Shown in pieces: positions 46,317 to 60,110 of a DNA stretch of 64,000 nucleotides. The notes beneath the pieces were generated by a model. It ran no database searches. It saw only the letters and a list, made by a program, of their open reading frames with translations, and was not told the DNA's origin. Every line of letters begins with the position of its first letter. The first letter of the stretch is position 1. The position numbers and the translations under genes are program-made. This DNA comes from Mustelus asterias (lineage: Eukaryota), in assembly GCF_964213995.1 (NCBI RefSeq), contig NW_027590137.1:1-64000 (forward strand), in the 5' to 3' direction.

Positions 46317-48840
46317 ATTATCCAGGAGGAAAATAGAGTATGAGAATAAAATTGAAGGGAACATAGAAACTAATTGTAAAAGTTTATATGAATATTTGAA
46401 GAGATGAAGATTAGTCAAGACAAGTGTAGGTACCTTACAGCAAGAATCCAGGGAAATTATAATGGGGAACAAAGAAATGTTGGATGAATCGAACACAAAG
46501 TTTGACATCACCTTCATAAAAGAGGACACAACTATCCTCCCAGAAATGATAGGGAACTAAGGGGCGAGTTGGAAGACGGCATTGTAGAAAACCAGTATTA
46601 GTAGGAGAATCATGCTGGGGAAATTAATGGGGTTAAATGCTAATAAGTCACTCGGGCCTGATAATCTACATCCCAGAGTATGAAAGGAAATGACCCTGGA
46701 AATATTGGATGCATTGGTGGTCATCTTCTAAAATTCTATAAACTCTGGAACAGTTCCTACAGATTGGAGGGTGACAAATGTCACCTCAATGTATACAAAG
46801 GACGGGAGAGTAAAAATGATGAATTACAGCCTGACTTTAGTATCACCGAAGTTGTTTGAAACTTATATAAGACATGACAGCAAAATATTTGGAAAGCATT
46901 AACGGAATTTGATAAACCCAGCATGGGCTTAATAAAGACGCCATTCTTAACAAACTTACTTGCGTTCTTTGAGAATGCAAATAATGGGATAGGCAAGGTG
47001 GGACCAGTGTACATGGTGTATTTGCACTTCAAGAAGACATTTAAGATGGTTCTTCATAAATTATTAGGAGGCCAAAATAAAGCAAGCGAGATGGGGAGTA
47101 AAGTATTGGCATAGGTATAGAATTCGTTGACAGATAAGAAGCAAGAGAGTGGAAATAAATGGGTCTTTTTTCCGAGTGGCAGTCAGCGAATAGTGGGGTT
47201 GCCCAGGGTGCCAACTTTTTAAATTTATTCATTAGTCACAAATAGGCTTATGTTATCACTGCAATGAAGCTACTGTGAAAATCCCCGAGTCGTCACATTC
47301 CAGCCCCTGTTTGTGTACACTGAGGGAGAATTAAGCATGACCAATGCACCCAGCCAGAATGTCTTTCGGACTGTGGGAGGAAACCGGAACACCCGGAAGA
47401 AAGCCATATCGACATGGGGAGAACGTGCAGACTCTGTACAGACAGTGACCCAAGCCGGTCCTTGGCGCTGTATAACTGTGGGATCTGGATGAGGGAATCA
47501 AATTAACATGTTCAAAAGGGTTGGCGATACATAACTGGGTGGAAGTATGAGCTGTGCGGAGGATGAAATGAGGCTTCAATGTGATCTGGACAAGTTGAGT
47601 GAATGAGTGAACAAGTGGCAGATGCAGTAAATGTAACTAACTGTGCAGTTATATACTGGTGTATAAAGCAGAAAGCAACATATATTAGGAAGTGCGATGT
47701 ACAAATGGATCTATGTGTCCTTGTCCACCAGTCAATGAAATTGGAGAGGCATGTACAGAAAGCAATTAGGAAGGCCTTCTTTGCACGAAGATTTGAGTTC
47801 GGAATTAGGGAAGTCTTATTGCAGTTATGCTGGCCCTTCATAGGACCACGCCCGGTGTAGTGCGTGTAGTTCTGATCGCGCTAAATAAGAAAGGGTCTGT
47901 GGGGAGTACAACTGATACCGGAATTGGTGGGACTGTCCTAGGAGGCGAGACTGATTCGGTTGGGCCTGTATTCACTTGACTGATCTAATGAAGGAGCGGC
48001 GCATCCGAAAGCTCGTGATTCCAAATAAACCTGCTGCATTTTAACCTGGTGTTGTGAGACTTCTTACCGTACTCATCGCAGTTCAACACTGGCATCTCCA
48101 CCACATGGATTCACTTGAATTTGGAAGAATGAAAGGGGATCTGGGTGAAACATATAAATTTGTGATTGAAACATATTAAACATATAAAATGAGGGTGGCA
48201 CTGCAGCACAGTGGCTAGCGCCAGGAACTCAGATTCGATTTCCAGCTTGGGCCACTGTCTGCACATTGTCCCCATGTCTGCGTGGGTTTCCTTCGGGTGC
48301 ACCGGTTTCCTCTCACAGTCGGAAAGACGTGCTGGTTAGGTGCATTGGCCATGCTAAATTTTCCCTCAGTGTACTCGAACAGGCGCTGGACTGTGGCCTC
48401 AGGGCATTTTCCCAATATCGTTTTGCATTGTCAATATATGCCTACTTGTGACATTAATAATAAATAAACGTATAAATAATTAACTGATTTCTAACAGAGC
48501 TGGGCAGGCTAGGTGAGGGAAGGATACTTTCGCTGGTTTGGGAGTTTCAAACAAGGGATGAAGCTTCAAGAGACAGGGTAGCCAATTTCGGACAGAAATG
48601 AGGAAAGTTCTCTTCGCTTCAGAGCCTAGTAAACATGCGGAGTGATCCAGCACAGAAGGCTATGGATGCCATATCACTGCATATATTCAAGAAATAAATA
48701 GGTTTGTGATTAGATTTTAATGCTATCAAGGGGTGTGGACAGAATGCAATGATGTGGCCTTTAGATAGGAAATCATCCATGATCATGATGAATGACGGAT
48801 CAGGCTCGAATGGCCTTCTCCGGCTCCTGGTTTCGATGTA
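46317..48840 (+). mobile_element. Old, decayed CR1 interrupted by SINEs (~47220-47470 minus, ~48195-48470 plus) and a Penelope terminal fragment; its 5' part lies at ~43705-43767
   Basis: Degenerate ORF2 motifs collinear with 43819..46218 (IEYE, GPD, FLTNLLAFFE, ARRFEF). Confidence 0.8.
47982..48106 (+). mobile_element. Penelope 3' terminal fragment with a dead hammerhead (CTAATGA)
   Basis: tccgaaagctcgtgattccaaataaacctg...aacctggtgttgt...cttcttac is homologous to 35420-35513. Confidence 0.8.
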
Positions 48841-49439
48841 CTTAATGTTCAGCTATCTTCTGACGATCTGGATTCAATCCCGCCACGGCAGATGGTGGAA
48901 TTTGAATTCAATAAATAATATCTGGAACTAAGAATCTATTGATGACTGGGACCATTGTTGATTGTTGTAAAACAGCATCTGGTTCACTAATGTCCCTTCA
49001 GGGAAAGAAATCTGCCGTCCTTAGCTTGTCTGACCTACACGTGACTCCCGAGTCACAGCAATGTGGTTACCTCTCAACTTCCCCCCAAGGGCAACTAGGG
49101 ATGGGCACCAAATGCTGGCTAGCCAGTGACACCCAAGTCCCACGAATGAATAAGAATCTATGTTTACTCTATCTCTTCTACATGTGACTCCAGTTCCACA
49201 GTGATGAAGTTGACTCTGAAGTGTCTCTGAAATTGCTGAAAGAGCCATTTAGGTGTTTCAAAATTTCTGCAGAAAGTCAAACACAAATAAAACCGCCCAG
49301 AGGGCCTATTTGTTTCAAAAAGATGGTTCACAAACGCCTTCTCAGGATGGGCAATTAATGCTGACTTTGTCAGTGGTGCTCAAATCCAGAGAATGAATAG
49401 TGCAAACTACTGCGGATTCCGGAGATTTGAAAGAAATGT

Positions 49440-49512
49440 GTCCCGGTGGCGCAATGGATGACGTGTCTGACTATGGATCAATAGATACCAGGTTCAATTC
49501 CTCGCTGTCTGC
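49440..49512 (+). pseudogene. tRNA-Arg(ACG) pseudogene
   Basis: gtggcgcaatggatgacgtgtctgactatggatca...ccaggttc; 3' flank homologous to the flank of the 17151 gene. Confidence 0.82.
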
Positions 49513-49639
49513 GTGTCAGATCCTAATAAAGTTGGCAAACTCCAGGTTAGTTTCGACGAAAAAATGTATTTTCAGTAACTTTAAAACAATTCAGTCAAAT
49601 GTTGACCAAATCCCGTAAGCTTCAAAAAATATATATTTT

Positions 49640-49940
49640 GGACAGCAAAGTGGTTAGCACTGCTGCCCCACAGCGCGAGGGAGCCAGGTTCGATTCCTGG
49701 CTTGGGTGACTGTCTGTGAGGAGTTTGACATTCTCCCCGTGTCTGCGTGGGTTTCCTCCGGGTGCTCCGGTTTCCTCCCACAGTCCAAAGATGTGCGGGT
49801 TAGATCGATTGGCCATGATAAATTGCCCCTTGGTATCAGAGGGACTAACTAGGGTAAATGGGGATCGGGACTGGGTGGGAATGTGCTTGGTGCAGGCTCG
49901 ATGGGCCGAATGACTTCCTTCTATAGGATTCTATGATCTA
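49640..49940 (+). mobile_element. HE1/V-SINE-type SINE
   Basis: Head, V-domain and tail present. Confidence 0.88.
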
Positions 49941-51074
49941 TGAAAAGCAACAAAAGGATAGGCCAGTGGGCATCAGCAGAGAGAGAATCAGATTCTCATT
50001 TCAGGTCAATGACAGGATGTAAAATTCTATAGAACAGGGCTGTTCTCCCCAGTAGCTTGGGCCGTTCGTTCTTCAACTAAAATCACAAAATTACTGTTCA
50101 TTTATCACATCTCGGTTTGTGGGAACCTGTTGTGCACCAAATACTTGCTGAATGTCCAACATTACAGCAGTGACAAAGACAGCGAAAATACATCAATGAG
50201 TTTAAAATGCTTTGGGATGACCTGAGGTGGGGTAAAGCATTATAAAAATGCAAGTTCTTTCCAAATGTTAACATTATAAACTGCCAGATTTGATATATTG
50301 AAAACTCTGAGATTAATGTGATTGTAATGACTCCTCTGCCTGATGTTTTAACTTGTCTAGTGTTAGTAGATTAAATCAACAATCACATTGACATTCAGTG
50401 GAATACTAGCTTGTTCAAATATGTTTTAGTTATTGTGACATCAGAAATTTCAGAACAAATTCTTGATTAGAAGATTTTTTTTATTTGGATTAAATAGCAT
50501 CTGTTCTAATGGGAATTTACGAATCTTCTATTCATTTTGAACCAACTGTCAATATGCTTGACCGCTATTTTGAATTGAAAGTAATCAATAAGTAACTGTT
50601 CATCTGGTTTTGCAGCCGTGAACACTTCATTCATGAGGTGTTTATGTAAATAAACGCAGAAAGAGAAATCCCAGATTAGATTTATTGATTGACAAACACA
50701 TCAATACATATTTCCCCAGCAACGCAGCACAGAAATAGAGGCAAACGTACAAATAACTCAATGGATTCCAATCTGATTGTTTTTTGGATTTTTTTTTCAT
50801 CAGTTATATGCGCAAAACAAGCCATGATCTTATCTATGTTCAAAATGAGGAAAGATTCCCTCTAATCTCTAAATATAATGACACGGCAAATATATTTTGG
50901 AGGATTCCTATGCTTTGTCTCTTGTGTCTTTCCCCTGTCTGATTCTGTGTCTTTTCTTGTCTCCCCACGATGGGTCATTGTCTTTGCTCAACAATATCAA
51001 GTCAAACTCCAGCTAATGTATTCTCTCAGCCCTGTTCAGAGACTTCTGACGAAATGGATCTAATTCAATTAATC

Positions 51075-51370
51075 GGAAACTATAGAGGGAGCTTTACTCG
51101 AACATGCATCTTGATTATTCGCTGTATTAACCCGCCCTGTCCCAGCCATCCAATTGTCTAATGGACAGTGTAGAGAGAGTTTTAATGATTCTAAACAGTC
51201 TATATTTTCTGGAAATGTTTGATTGGGGCAGTGTAGATGGAGAATCACTTTGTATTTATCCCGTGCTGCACCTGCCTTGGGAGTGTTTAATGTTGCAATG
51301 TGGAGAGAGCTTTACATTCAGTACCTAATCCCATTCTACACCTGCCCTTGGAATGTTTGATGGGGCACTA
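51075..51370. repeat. Degenerate ~65-bp satellite (gtgtagagggagctttac...cctgccttgggagtgttt)
   Basis: Motif recurs about 4 times; related copies at ~4180-4270. Confidence 0.65.
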
Positions 51371-52432
51371 GTCCCTGCCTCCATATTGCACTCATCTGTC
51401 ATCCTACCTCTGCTTATGTAAAATTAACTAATCTCTGTGTCTCTATATGTTAAAGAACGTTATGTCTCTGATCATATTCCACTCGGACCTTTCCCGTTTT
51501 CTAGTGAACTATCCCCTTTCTCTGTTCATATTACACTCGACGTGCTCTCTGTTTATACTAAACTAGATGCTGTCTCTGTTTATATTACACATCACCATGT
51601 CTCGGTTTATATTAAGTTCGACAATGACTTTGCTTTTATTAATGTAGACCTGTCTCTCTGCTAAACGAGATGTTGTCTCATTTCTGCACTTAACCATGTT
51701 CAGGTTCAATTTATATTGGGCAAGGACTAATTATTACTGCACTAGACAATGCCCAATTATGTGAAAAGTGACTGTGGGAACGCAGTTCTATGCGTCCTCC
51801 TACACACGCAACTCTCTCGGATGGAGACTGGCCTTGGGAACTGGAAAAGAAGAAGTGATATCTGAAGTCTAATCATGCTGGTTCATTGAAAATGGATATC
51901 AAAACAGCATGCACTGTCGATCCAATACTTTCCGTTTCAGGATCCTTCTGAATACAGATGTTTTTAGCACAGCCTATTTATGTATTATATTATCTCTCCA
52001 CCTCATAGAACCGTGAGGTAATGCAAGTATAATTCAAACAGAGTAAACATCCAATGACCTGGTCTCGTGAAATATAGACAGAGTCAGGATCAAATATCAT
52101 ATAAACAGGGATTGGGTCTCGTGCAATATAAACTAAGTTCTGGTCAAGCGGAGTATTAACAGAGACAGGAGCTATTTTAATATAAACAGAGGCCTGATCC
52201 AGTAAAATAGAAATGAGGTTGTGCCGAGTGCCTTGTGGGAAGGTAAAGGAGAAACACCGACTTTACCTGAGACACCCACATCCCATGAAAGAAACATTTA
52301 AAAATATGAATGACATCGACTAGTACAAGAAAAACGGAGACGTTATCCAGTGCAATGTAACTGGATGCAGAAACTCGTGCGATATAAACTGAGACAGAGA
52401 CTAATGTCTTCCCGCGAATGTCGAGACCAATA

Positions 52433-52612
52433 TTAACTGAGACGGAGCCCAGTGCATTAGTAGTAGTTACTGATACAGGACCTGGACTAATATAAACTGA
52501 GACAGAGTCTAGTCTATTGTTAGTAATTTCTGATACAGTACCTAGACTGATATAAACTGAGACAGAATTTAGGGCATTGGTAGTAATTAATCATATGGGA
52601 TCTGGACTGGTA
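52433..52612. repeat. 60-bp tandem repeat, 3 copies, within a degenerate ~28-30-bp minisatellite field
   Basis: aactgagac recurs with exact 60-bp spacing (gac at 52441, 52501 and 52561). Confidence 0.85.
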
Positions 52613-52879
52613 CGCACTAAGATATGGGCAATGCAGTAAATTAGATGGATCACATGATGCAATAATAACAGAGCCAAGCCATAGTGTTAAATAAACAAAT
52701 AATTGGACTGGTGCGGCATTAACTAAAACACGATCGAGTTTCGTTGATCTCATGAACTATTAGAGCAATGGCTGTGACCAAACCTCTTGTCATGCAAGAT
52801 GGATGTTGTTCCAGTTTAGTATAAGCAGATAAAGGTTCTGATACCTTAGGTACTGAGACACAGCCTTTTGCCAGATTAA

Positions 52880-53165
52880 ACTTTTAAAGCTTATTTATCA
52901 GTGTCACAGGTAGGCTTACATTAACACTGCAATGAAGTTACTGTAAAAATCCCCGAGTCGCCACACTCTGGCGCTTGTTTGGTCACAGTAAGGGAGAATT
53001 GAGCATGGTCAAAATGCACCTAACCAGCACCACTTTCGGACTGTGGGAGAAAACCAGAGCACCTGGGGGATCCCATGTAGACTCCACACAGACATTCACC
53101 GAAGCTGGGAATTGAACCCTCGTCCCTGCCACTGTGAAATAACAACTATGCCACCGCGCCGCCCA
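52880..53165 (-). mobile_element. SINE (V-SINE-type head, different tail)
   Basis: ttaacactgcaatgaagttactgt...ggactgtgggag...gccaccgcgccgccc. Confidence 0.8.
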
Positions 53166-53379
53166 GATCAACTGAGACATAGTTCAGCACGGTCATAACT
53201 CAGAAAGTGACGTGAAAACAGGACCTTGGCCTCATGTACGGACAACTGATAATGAGTCGAGTAGATAAATAACAGAGAAAGGACATGTTGTAATGTGATC
53301 GAGACATGGGCTATTACTATACAAACAGAGGTGCGGGCTAGTTGAATATAAGCAGGGATATGACATGTTCAAAATTATT

Positions 53380-55160
53380 TAATGAGATTTTGGTGTCACT
53401 GGTAAAGTAGCATTTGTTACCAATTCTTTTTTTCCTTTGAGAATGTGGTGGTGAGTCCTCTTCTTGAATCATTGCATTCCAAACTGAATGCTGGTAGGAA
53501 GGGAATTGCAAGATTTCTATCTATGGATACTGAAGTTTAGCGATATAATTCCCAGTCAAGATGGGATGTGGGTTTTATGGACACTTGCAGGTGATCGTGT
53601 TCTCATGCATGCGCTGACCTTGTCCTTTTAAGTGTCAGAGTTAATGTGTTTGGAAGGTGCTATCGAAGGAATATGTTGCTGCGATACAAATTGTTTATGG
53701 TTCACACTCAGAGAGTTGTACATCTGTGATGCTGAGAGTGAATATTTAAAGTGGTGTGTTCATCGGGCCGCCTGATTTTTTTCTGGGTGGTATCGAGCTT
53801 TTTGTGTGTTCCTTCAGGGCCACATGTCAGGCAAGTGGAGAATATTCAATCACACTCCTGATTTTTGCCCTGTATACAATGGCTAGGGATTGGGAAGTCA
53901 GGATGTGAGTTACACAACGCTCACAGCATCTGACCTGCTCTTGTAGCAATATTATTTACATGGCTGTCCCAGTTCACTTTTTCTTCAATGGTAATTGCCA
54001 GAATGATGGGAGTTTCAACTGTAGTCATTCCATTTAATGACAAGCGGAGATGTTTGGAATCATTCTTACTTGAGAGTGTCAAGTGGGTGGTGTGAATGTC
54101 ACTGGTCATTTCACAACCAAAGCCTAAATGTTTTCTAAGTCTTGCTGCTCATGGACACGGTCTGCTTCAGTATCTGAGGAATCATAAATGTGCTGGACAT
54201 TGTGTAATCATTAGTGAACATCCCACTTCTGACCTTGTAATGAAGGGTGAAGATTAGACCGAGCACAGCATCCTGATGAGTTCCTTCAGAAATGCCCAGG
54301 AACTGAGATGATTGGCTTTCAACAACCACAACCATCTTACTCTGTGCTCGCTATGGCTGAATCCAGTGCAATGTTTTCCTCCAGAACCCCATTGACTGCA
54401 GCTTTTCTGAGGCTCCTTGATGCTACAATCGGTCAAGTGCTGCGTTGATGTAGAGGCAGACACTCTCAAATCACTTCATTAAATCAACTATTTCCACCAC
54501 AGTTGGACTAAGTTAAATGATTTCTGAAACCGAGTGCTCCTCGTGGGACCCAAACAGAGCATCATTGAGCAGATTATTATTATAGCTTATTGGATCCTTG
54601 ACACTTTCCATTACGTTGATCGGGTGAGGACTCAGGGTGCAGTCATTGGTCAGGTTGGATTTCTCCTGCCTTTGCAATAGGGCATGCCTGCCAATTTTCC
54701 ACACTGTTGGGTATATGACAGTGTTGTACTTGAACAGATTGATTGGGTGTAGCAAGTTCCAGAGCACAAACCGTCATGATTATTGCTGAGACATTGTCAG
54801 GACCAATAATCTTTACAGTGTCCAATGCCTTCAGCACCGAGTTAGACAACAGATAAATCATGATCATATAGCATGGCGGAGCTTTCTCCAGGGGCTGAAT
54901 GGCCTACTCCTGTTCCGATGTTCCATGTTATCATGTGAAATTAACTGAACAGGTTGGAGATCGGCATCTGTGATGCTGGGGACCTCAGGAGGAGGCCGAG
55001 ATGGAACTTCCTCTCCGCACTTCTGACTGAAGATGGTAGCAATTGCTTCAGTCTGGTTTCTTTTCCCATTTGCTGAGCTGTCCCATCATTAAGAATTGGG
55101 GTTTTATTTGAGGCTTCTGCTGCAGTTATTTGTTTAAATGTCCACTACCATCCAGGATTG
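53380..55160 (-). mobile_element. Old non-LTR retrotransposon (family of 20880-21510), heavily decayed
   Basis: Fragments GPDNVSAI, TVWKI, VRWLWLLK and VNWDSHVNNIATRAGQ. Confidence 0.75.
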
Positions 55161-55885
55161 CATATGGGAGAAGTGCAAAGTTACATCCTGCCTGTAGAAA
55201 TTCGGATCAGAGCGATTGTGTGATGTATACATTGACATGTACTGGTACAATATGAGTTGAAATAGGGTGCCATATGATATAATATACTATAATCAGAGAC
55301 AGGGCCCCTTCTAACATTTCTCCATAAGGAGGCCAGTTCAAAATGAACAGACACAGGGTTCAGTGTAGTATTTATTGAGGCAGTGCCTGATTCGTATAAT
55401 GTAACCCATCAAGATTTCAATTCCATCTGCTGGCAACACTCTGCAATTACAGTTAACTGTGAAAATATCGTTGTCAGGTATGATCGACGATATTAATATA
55501 TCAATAATTCACATCCATAAATGTAATACAATATCCCCTTCTGCGGAAGGTGCCAAAATTTGAGGTGCAACTAATTGTAGATGTACGTTGCTGAATAATG
55601 CAGGTTAAGTGGTGTCCAGCAGGAATCTGTCTTGGGGCCTCAATTATTTACAACATTCATTAACGGCGTAGATAATGGCAAGAAAAGTCAAATATCCAAG
55701 TGATATAGATCAAGGCATTTTTTTGAAAGGCACAATGTTAAATTCAGTGAATGGCCAGCGAGATTTGGAGGTTCAGGTGCATAGCTTCTTAAAATGTCAC
55801 GAACTGATGCAGAAAATAGTCAAGAAGGCCAATGGAATGCTGGCCTTCATATGTAAAGGACTGGAGTATAGAGATGCAGGTGTAA

Positions 55886-57655
55886 CATAGAACATAGAAC
55901 AGTACAGCACAGAACAGGCCCTTCGGCCCACGATGTTGTGCCGAGCTTTATCTGAAACCAAGATCAAGCTATCCCACTCCCTATCATCCTGGTGTGCTCC
56001 ATGTGCCTATCCAATAACCGCTTAAATGTTCCTAAAGTGTCTGACTCCACTATCACTGCAGGCAGTCCATTCCACACCCCAACCACTCTCTGCGTAAAGA
56101 ACCTACCTCTGATATCCTTCCTATATCTCCCACCACGAACCCTATAGTTATGCCCCCTTGTAATAGCTCCATCCACCCGAGGAAAGATTCTTTGAACGTT
56201 CACTCTATCTATCCCCGTCATCATTTAATAAACCTCCATTAAGTCTCCCCTCAGCCTCCTCCGCTCCAGAGAGAACAGCCCTAGCTCCGTCAACCTTTCC
56301 TCATAAGACCTACCCTCCAAACCAGGCAGCATCCTGGTAAATCTCCTCTGCACTCTTTCCAGCACTTCCACATCCTTCTTACAGTGAGGTGACCAGAACT
56401 GCACACAATACTCCAAATGTGGTCTCACCAAGGTCCTGTACAGTTGCAGCATAACCCCACGGCTCTTAAACTCCAACCCCCTGTTAATAAAAGCTAACAC
56501 ACTATAGGCCTTCTTCACAGCTCTATCCACTTGAGTGGCAACCTTTAGAGATCTGTGGATATGGACCCCAAGATCTCTCTGTCCTTCCACAGTCTTCAGA
56601 ACCCTACCTTTGACCCTGTAATCCACATTTAAATTAGTCCTACCAAAATGAATCACCTCACATTCATCTGGCTTAAACTCCATTTGCCATTTTTCAGCCC
56701 AGCTTTGCATCCTATCTATGTCTCTTTGCAGCCCACAACAGCCCTCCACCTCATCCACTACTCCACCAATCCTGGTGTCATCAGCAAATTTACTGATCCA
56801 CCCTTCAGCCCCCTCCTCTAAGTCATGAATAAAAATCAAAAAGAGCAGAGGACCAAGCACTGATCCCTGTGGCACTCCGCTAGCAATCTGCCTCCAGTCC
56901 GAAAATTTTCCATCCACCACCACCCTCTGTCTTCGATCAGACAGCCAGTTAGCTATCCAATCGGCCAACTTTCCCTCTATCCCACACCTCCTTACTTTCA
57001 TCATAAGCTGACCATGGGGGACCTTATCAAACCCCTTACTAAAATCCATGTATATGACATCAACTGCCCTACCTTCATCAACACACTTAATTACCTCCTC
57101 AAAAAATTCGATCAAATTTGTGAGGCACGACTTGCCCTTCACGAATCCGTGCTGACTATCCCGGATTAATCCGCATCTTTCTAAATGGTCGTAAATCCCA
57201 TCCCTAAGGACTTTTTCCATCAATTTACCAACCACTGAAGAAAGACTAACCGGTCTATAATTACCAGGGTCATTTCAATTCCCTTTCTTAAACAGAGGAA
57301 CAACATTGGCCATTCTCCAGTCCTCTGGCACCATCCCTGTGGACAGCGAGGACCCCAAGATCAAAGCCAAAGGCTCTGCAATCTCATCCCTTGCCTCCCA
57401 AAGAATCCTAGGATACATTTCATCAGGCCCAGGGGACTTATCGACCTTCAGTTTATTCAAAACTGCCAGGACATCTCCCTCCGAACATCTATTTCCTCCA
57501 GCCTATTAGCCTGTAACACCTTCTCTTCCTCAAAAACATGGCCCCTCTCCTTGGTGAACACTGATGAAAAGTATTCATTCATCACCTCGCCTATCTCTAC
57601 TGACTCCATACACAAGTTCCCACTACTGTCCTTGACCGGCCCTAACCTCACCCTT
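55886..57655 (-). mobile_element. Fairly young CR1 fragment (RT plus 3'UTR) nested in an older plus-strand CR1 (~55590-55885 and ~57655-58220)
   Basis: ORFs 57275..57460 (KSPGPD) and 56225..57235 (QHGF, GVPQGSVLGP, FADD); (aacatag)n tail; flanks are collinear KKANGMLAFI...LVRHQLEHC. Confidence 0.93.
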
Positions 57656-59384
57656 GTTGTGCTGCAATTGTGCAAAATCCTTGTTAGACACCAATTAGAG
57701 CACTGTGAGCAGGTATGGGCCACACACTTCGGAAATATGTTGGCCCTGGAGGGTGTTCAATGCAGGTTTATCAGAATTATACCTGGTCTTAAGGGATTAG
57801 GTTGCGAGGAGAAATTAAACAAGTTAAGACTTTTTCTCTCGAATTCAGAAGTTTGAAGAGTGCTCTGACAGAGATCTACAAAGTCTTTGCAGGGAAGGAC
57901 AGGCCGAATCAGGATGAAATGTTTCCACTAGAAGAAAGGGCCATATATATATTTTTTAAATAGGGTCAAGCCATGCCGGAGAGTTGATAGAAAGCATTTC
58001 TACACGCAGAGAGCGGTGCAAGTTTGGAACTCTCTTCTTCAAAAGCTGGTGGGTGCTGGTTCAATTGTGAAGTTGTCGTCTGAGATAGCTTTTTTTATTG
58101 AACAGGGTTACCAAGGGATATGGGCCTAGGGCAGGTACATGGAATAAGGTTACAGATAGGCCATGACGTTATTGAACGGCGGGGCGAGTTCGAGGAGCTG
58201 AGTAGCCTACTCCTGTTCCTAGTTTGCCAGGTTGGCATCAGAGCAAAATGCCTCAATCCATGGTAATGTATTTTTGTTCATCTTGGTTCGAAAGAGGAAT
58301 GTTGATCAGGCCTTCGTTGGTGACCATGGGACCTTTAACGCCCAGCTCAGCAATTATGGCGTTGGGGAAAGTTTATTTCTTCATCATTCCAGCTGCGTTG
58401 GTTGAGGTCATTATCTCTGAAGCCTCCCAGGAAGCCAAGGTGGAGTCTGAAGTTGAAGGAAAATGTGTGTGTGTGCGCGCGTGTGCGTGTTTGTACTTCC
58501 GCAAGTGTCTGTATATATGAAAAGGAGACAGGATATGCATGATTCAAAAACATCACACAGAAACATCATCACAAAAAAAGGAGAATGTATGAGACAGAAT
58601 GAGAACAGGAGAGAATGTGGGTGTGTGGGTATGTGTGTGTGTGTGGCTGTGTGCGTTGTCTGAAAAATGTCATATGGTTTGCAATTCTATTTCACAATGA
58701 GAACCGGCATTCTTCCATTTACAATAAAAGTTAGACACACAGTAAGCACATCAATTTCAGAAAGGTTTCTTTTTCATATATCCCCTTTGTTGATGATGAG
58801 GAGGACATTTTTTGGGACTTTGATTCTTCTACAATTGTTGCATATGAAGCTACCAATTGTGGTTGTAAGTTGTCATCTTCTGTATCATGAATGAGACTGA
58901 GGGTTTTTGGTGGAGAGCGAATTTCCCCCAAATCTTGTAGTCCCTGCTCTGCTGCTCGTGTCGAACGTCTTTGTGAGATTCACGGAAGTATGGTAAAGAT
59001 ACGGACGTATGGCATATGGAGCAGATGTTTTCTCGAGTAAATATTCCAACACAAACACAACAATGTGCTACAGGATAATCCCGGTCTTCAAGCAGATGAA
59101 TGTTTTAAAGTGTGACACTGGCAAAGGCCTCTCCCGTGATGCTATGATGAAGATATATCTGTAGTTGTTGCAATGTCCTCTGTCGGCTTTGTTTTCAGAT
59201 TGTGTGATGTTTTTGAATTAAGCATCTCCTGCGGAACGGATCCTATCCCTCAGCAGAGAAAAAGGTCATAAATGTTCATAAAATTGGTATTTATTTTCAC
59301 CATTTGCCATCCATTCACAAAGTTGCATAATTTTGTTCACCAGTTATCATCCATTCATAAACATGAATATATTTAAATTTTAAG

Positions 59385-60110
59385 TGAAGTGATGTGGGCG
59401 TTGCTGGCTGAGTCAGCATTTGTTGCCTATCCCGAATTGTCCTTCGTAAGCTGGTGGTGAGCAGCCTTCTTGAATTGCTGCAGAACCTGTGGTATAGGTA
59501 TATACACAGAGCTGTTACAGAGGGTGTTCTAGGATTTTAATCCAGCGACAATGAAGGAAGGGCGAGATTTTTCTAGATCAAATTTGTGAATGACTTGGAG
59601 GGAAATTTATAGGTGATACTCCCAGGTAACTGTTATCCCTGTCCTTCAGATGGTAACTGACATGTGGTTGGCAGGTACAGCCAAAGGAGTCTTGGTGAGT
59701 TCCTAAAGTGAAATTTGCAGATGGTACATTGTGCTGCCCTTGTTTGTCGGTGCTGGAGGGAGAGAGCATTTGCAAATGCTGTGCCAGTCAAGCCGTCTGC
59801 TTTGTCCTGAATGCGATAAAGCTTCTTGAATGCTGTTTGAGCTGCACTCATTCAAGCAAGTGGAGAGAACTGTATTAGACGCCTGAGTTGTGGTTTGTAG
59901 GTAGTAGACAGGTTTGGGGAATCAGGACATGGGGTACTCACAGCAAACTGACCTGATATTCCAGCCGCAGCATTTATATACCTAGTTAATTCAGTAATTA
60001 GCCAATGGTAACCCCGACGATGTTTATCGTGGGTGATTCAGTATTGTAATATCATTGAGTGACAAGGGGCAATGGGCAAATTCTCTCTTTTTGGAGATGG
60101 TCATTGCCTG
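59385..60110 (-). mobile_element. Old non-LTR retrotransposon 3' fragment
   Basis: KKLYRIQDKADGL; 3' end motifs shared with the 4865 and 20880 copies. Confidence 0.72.
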
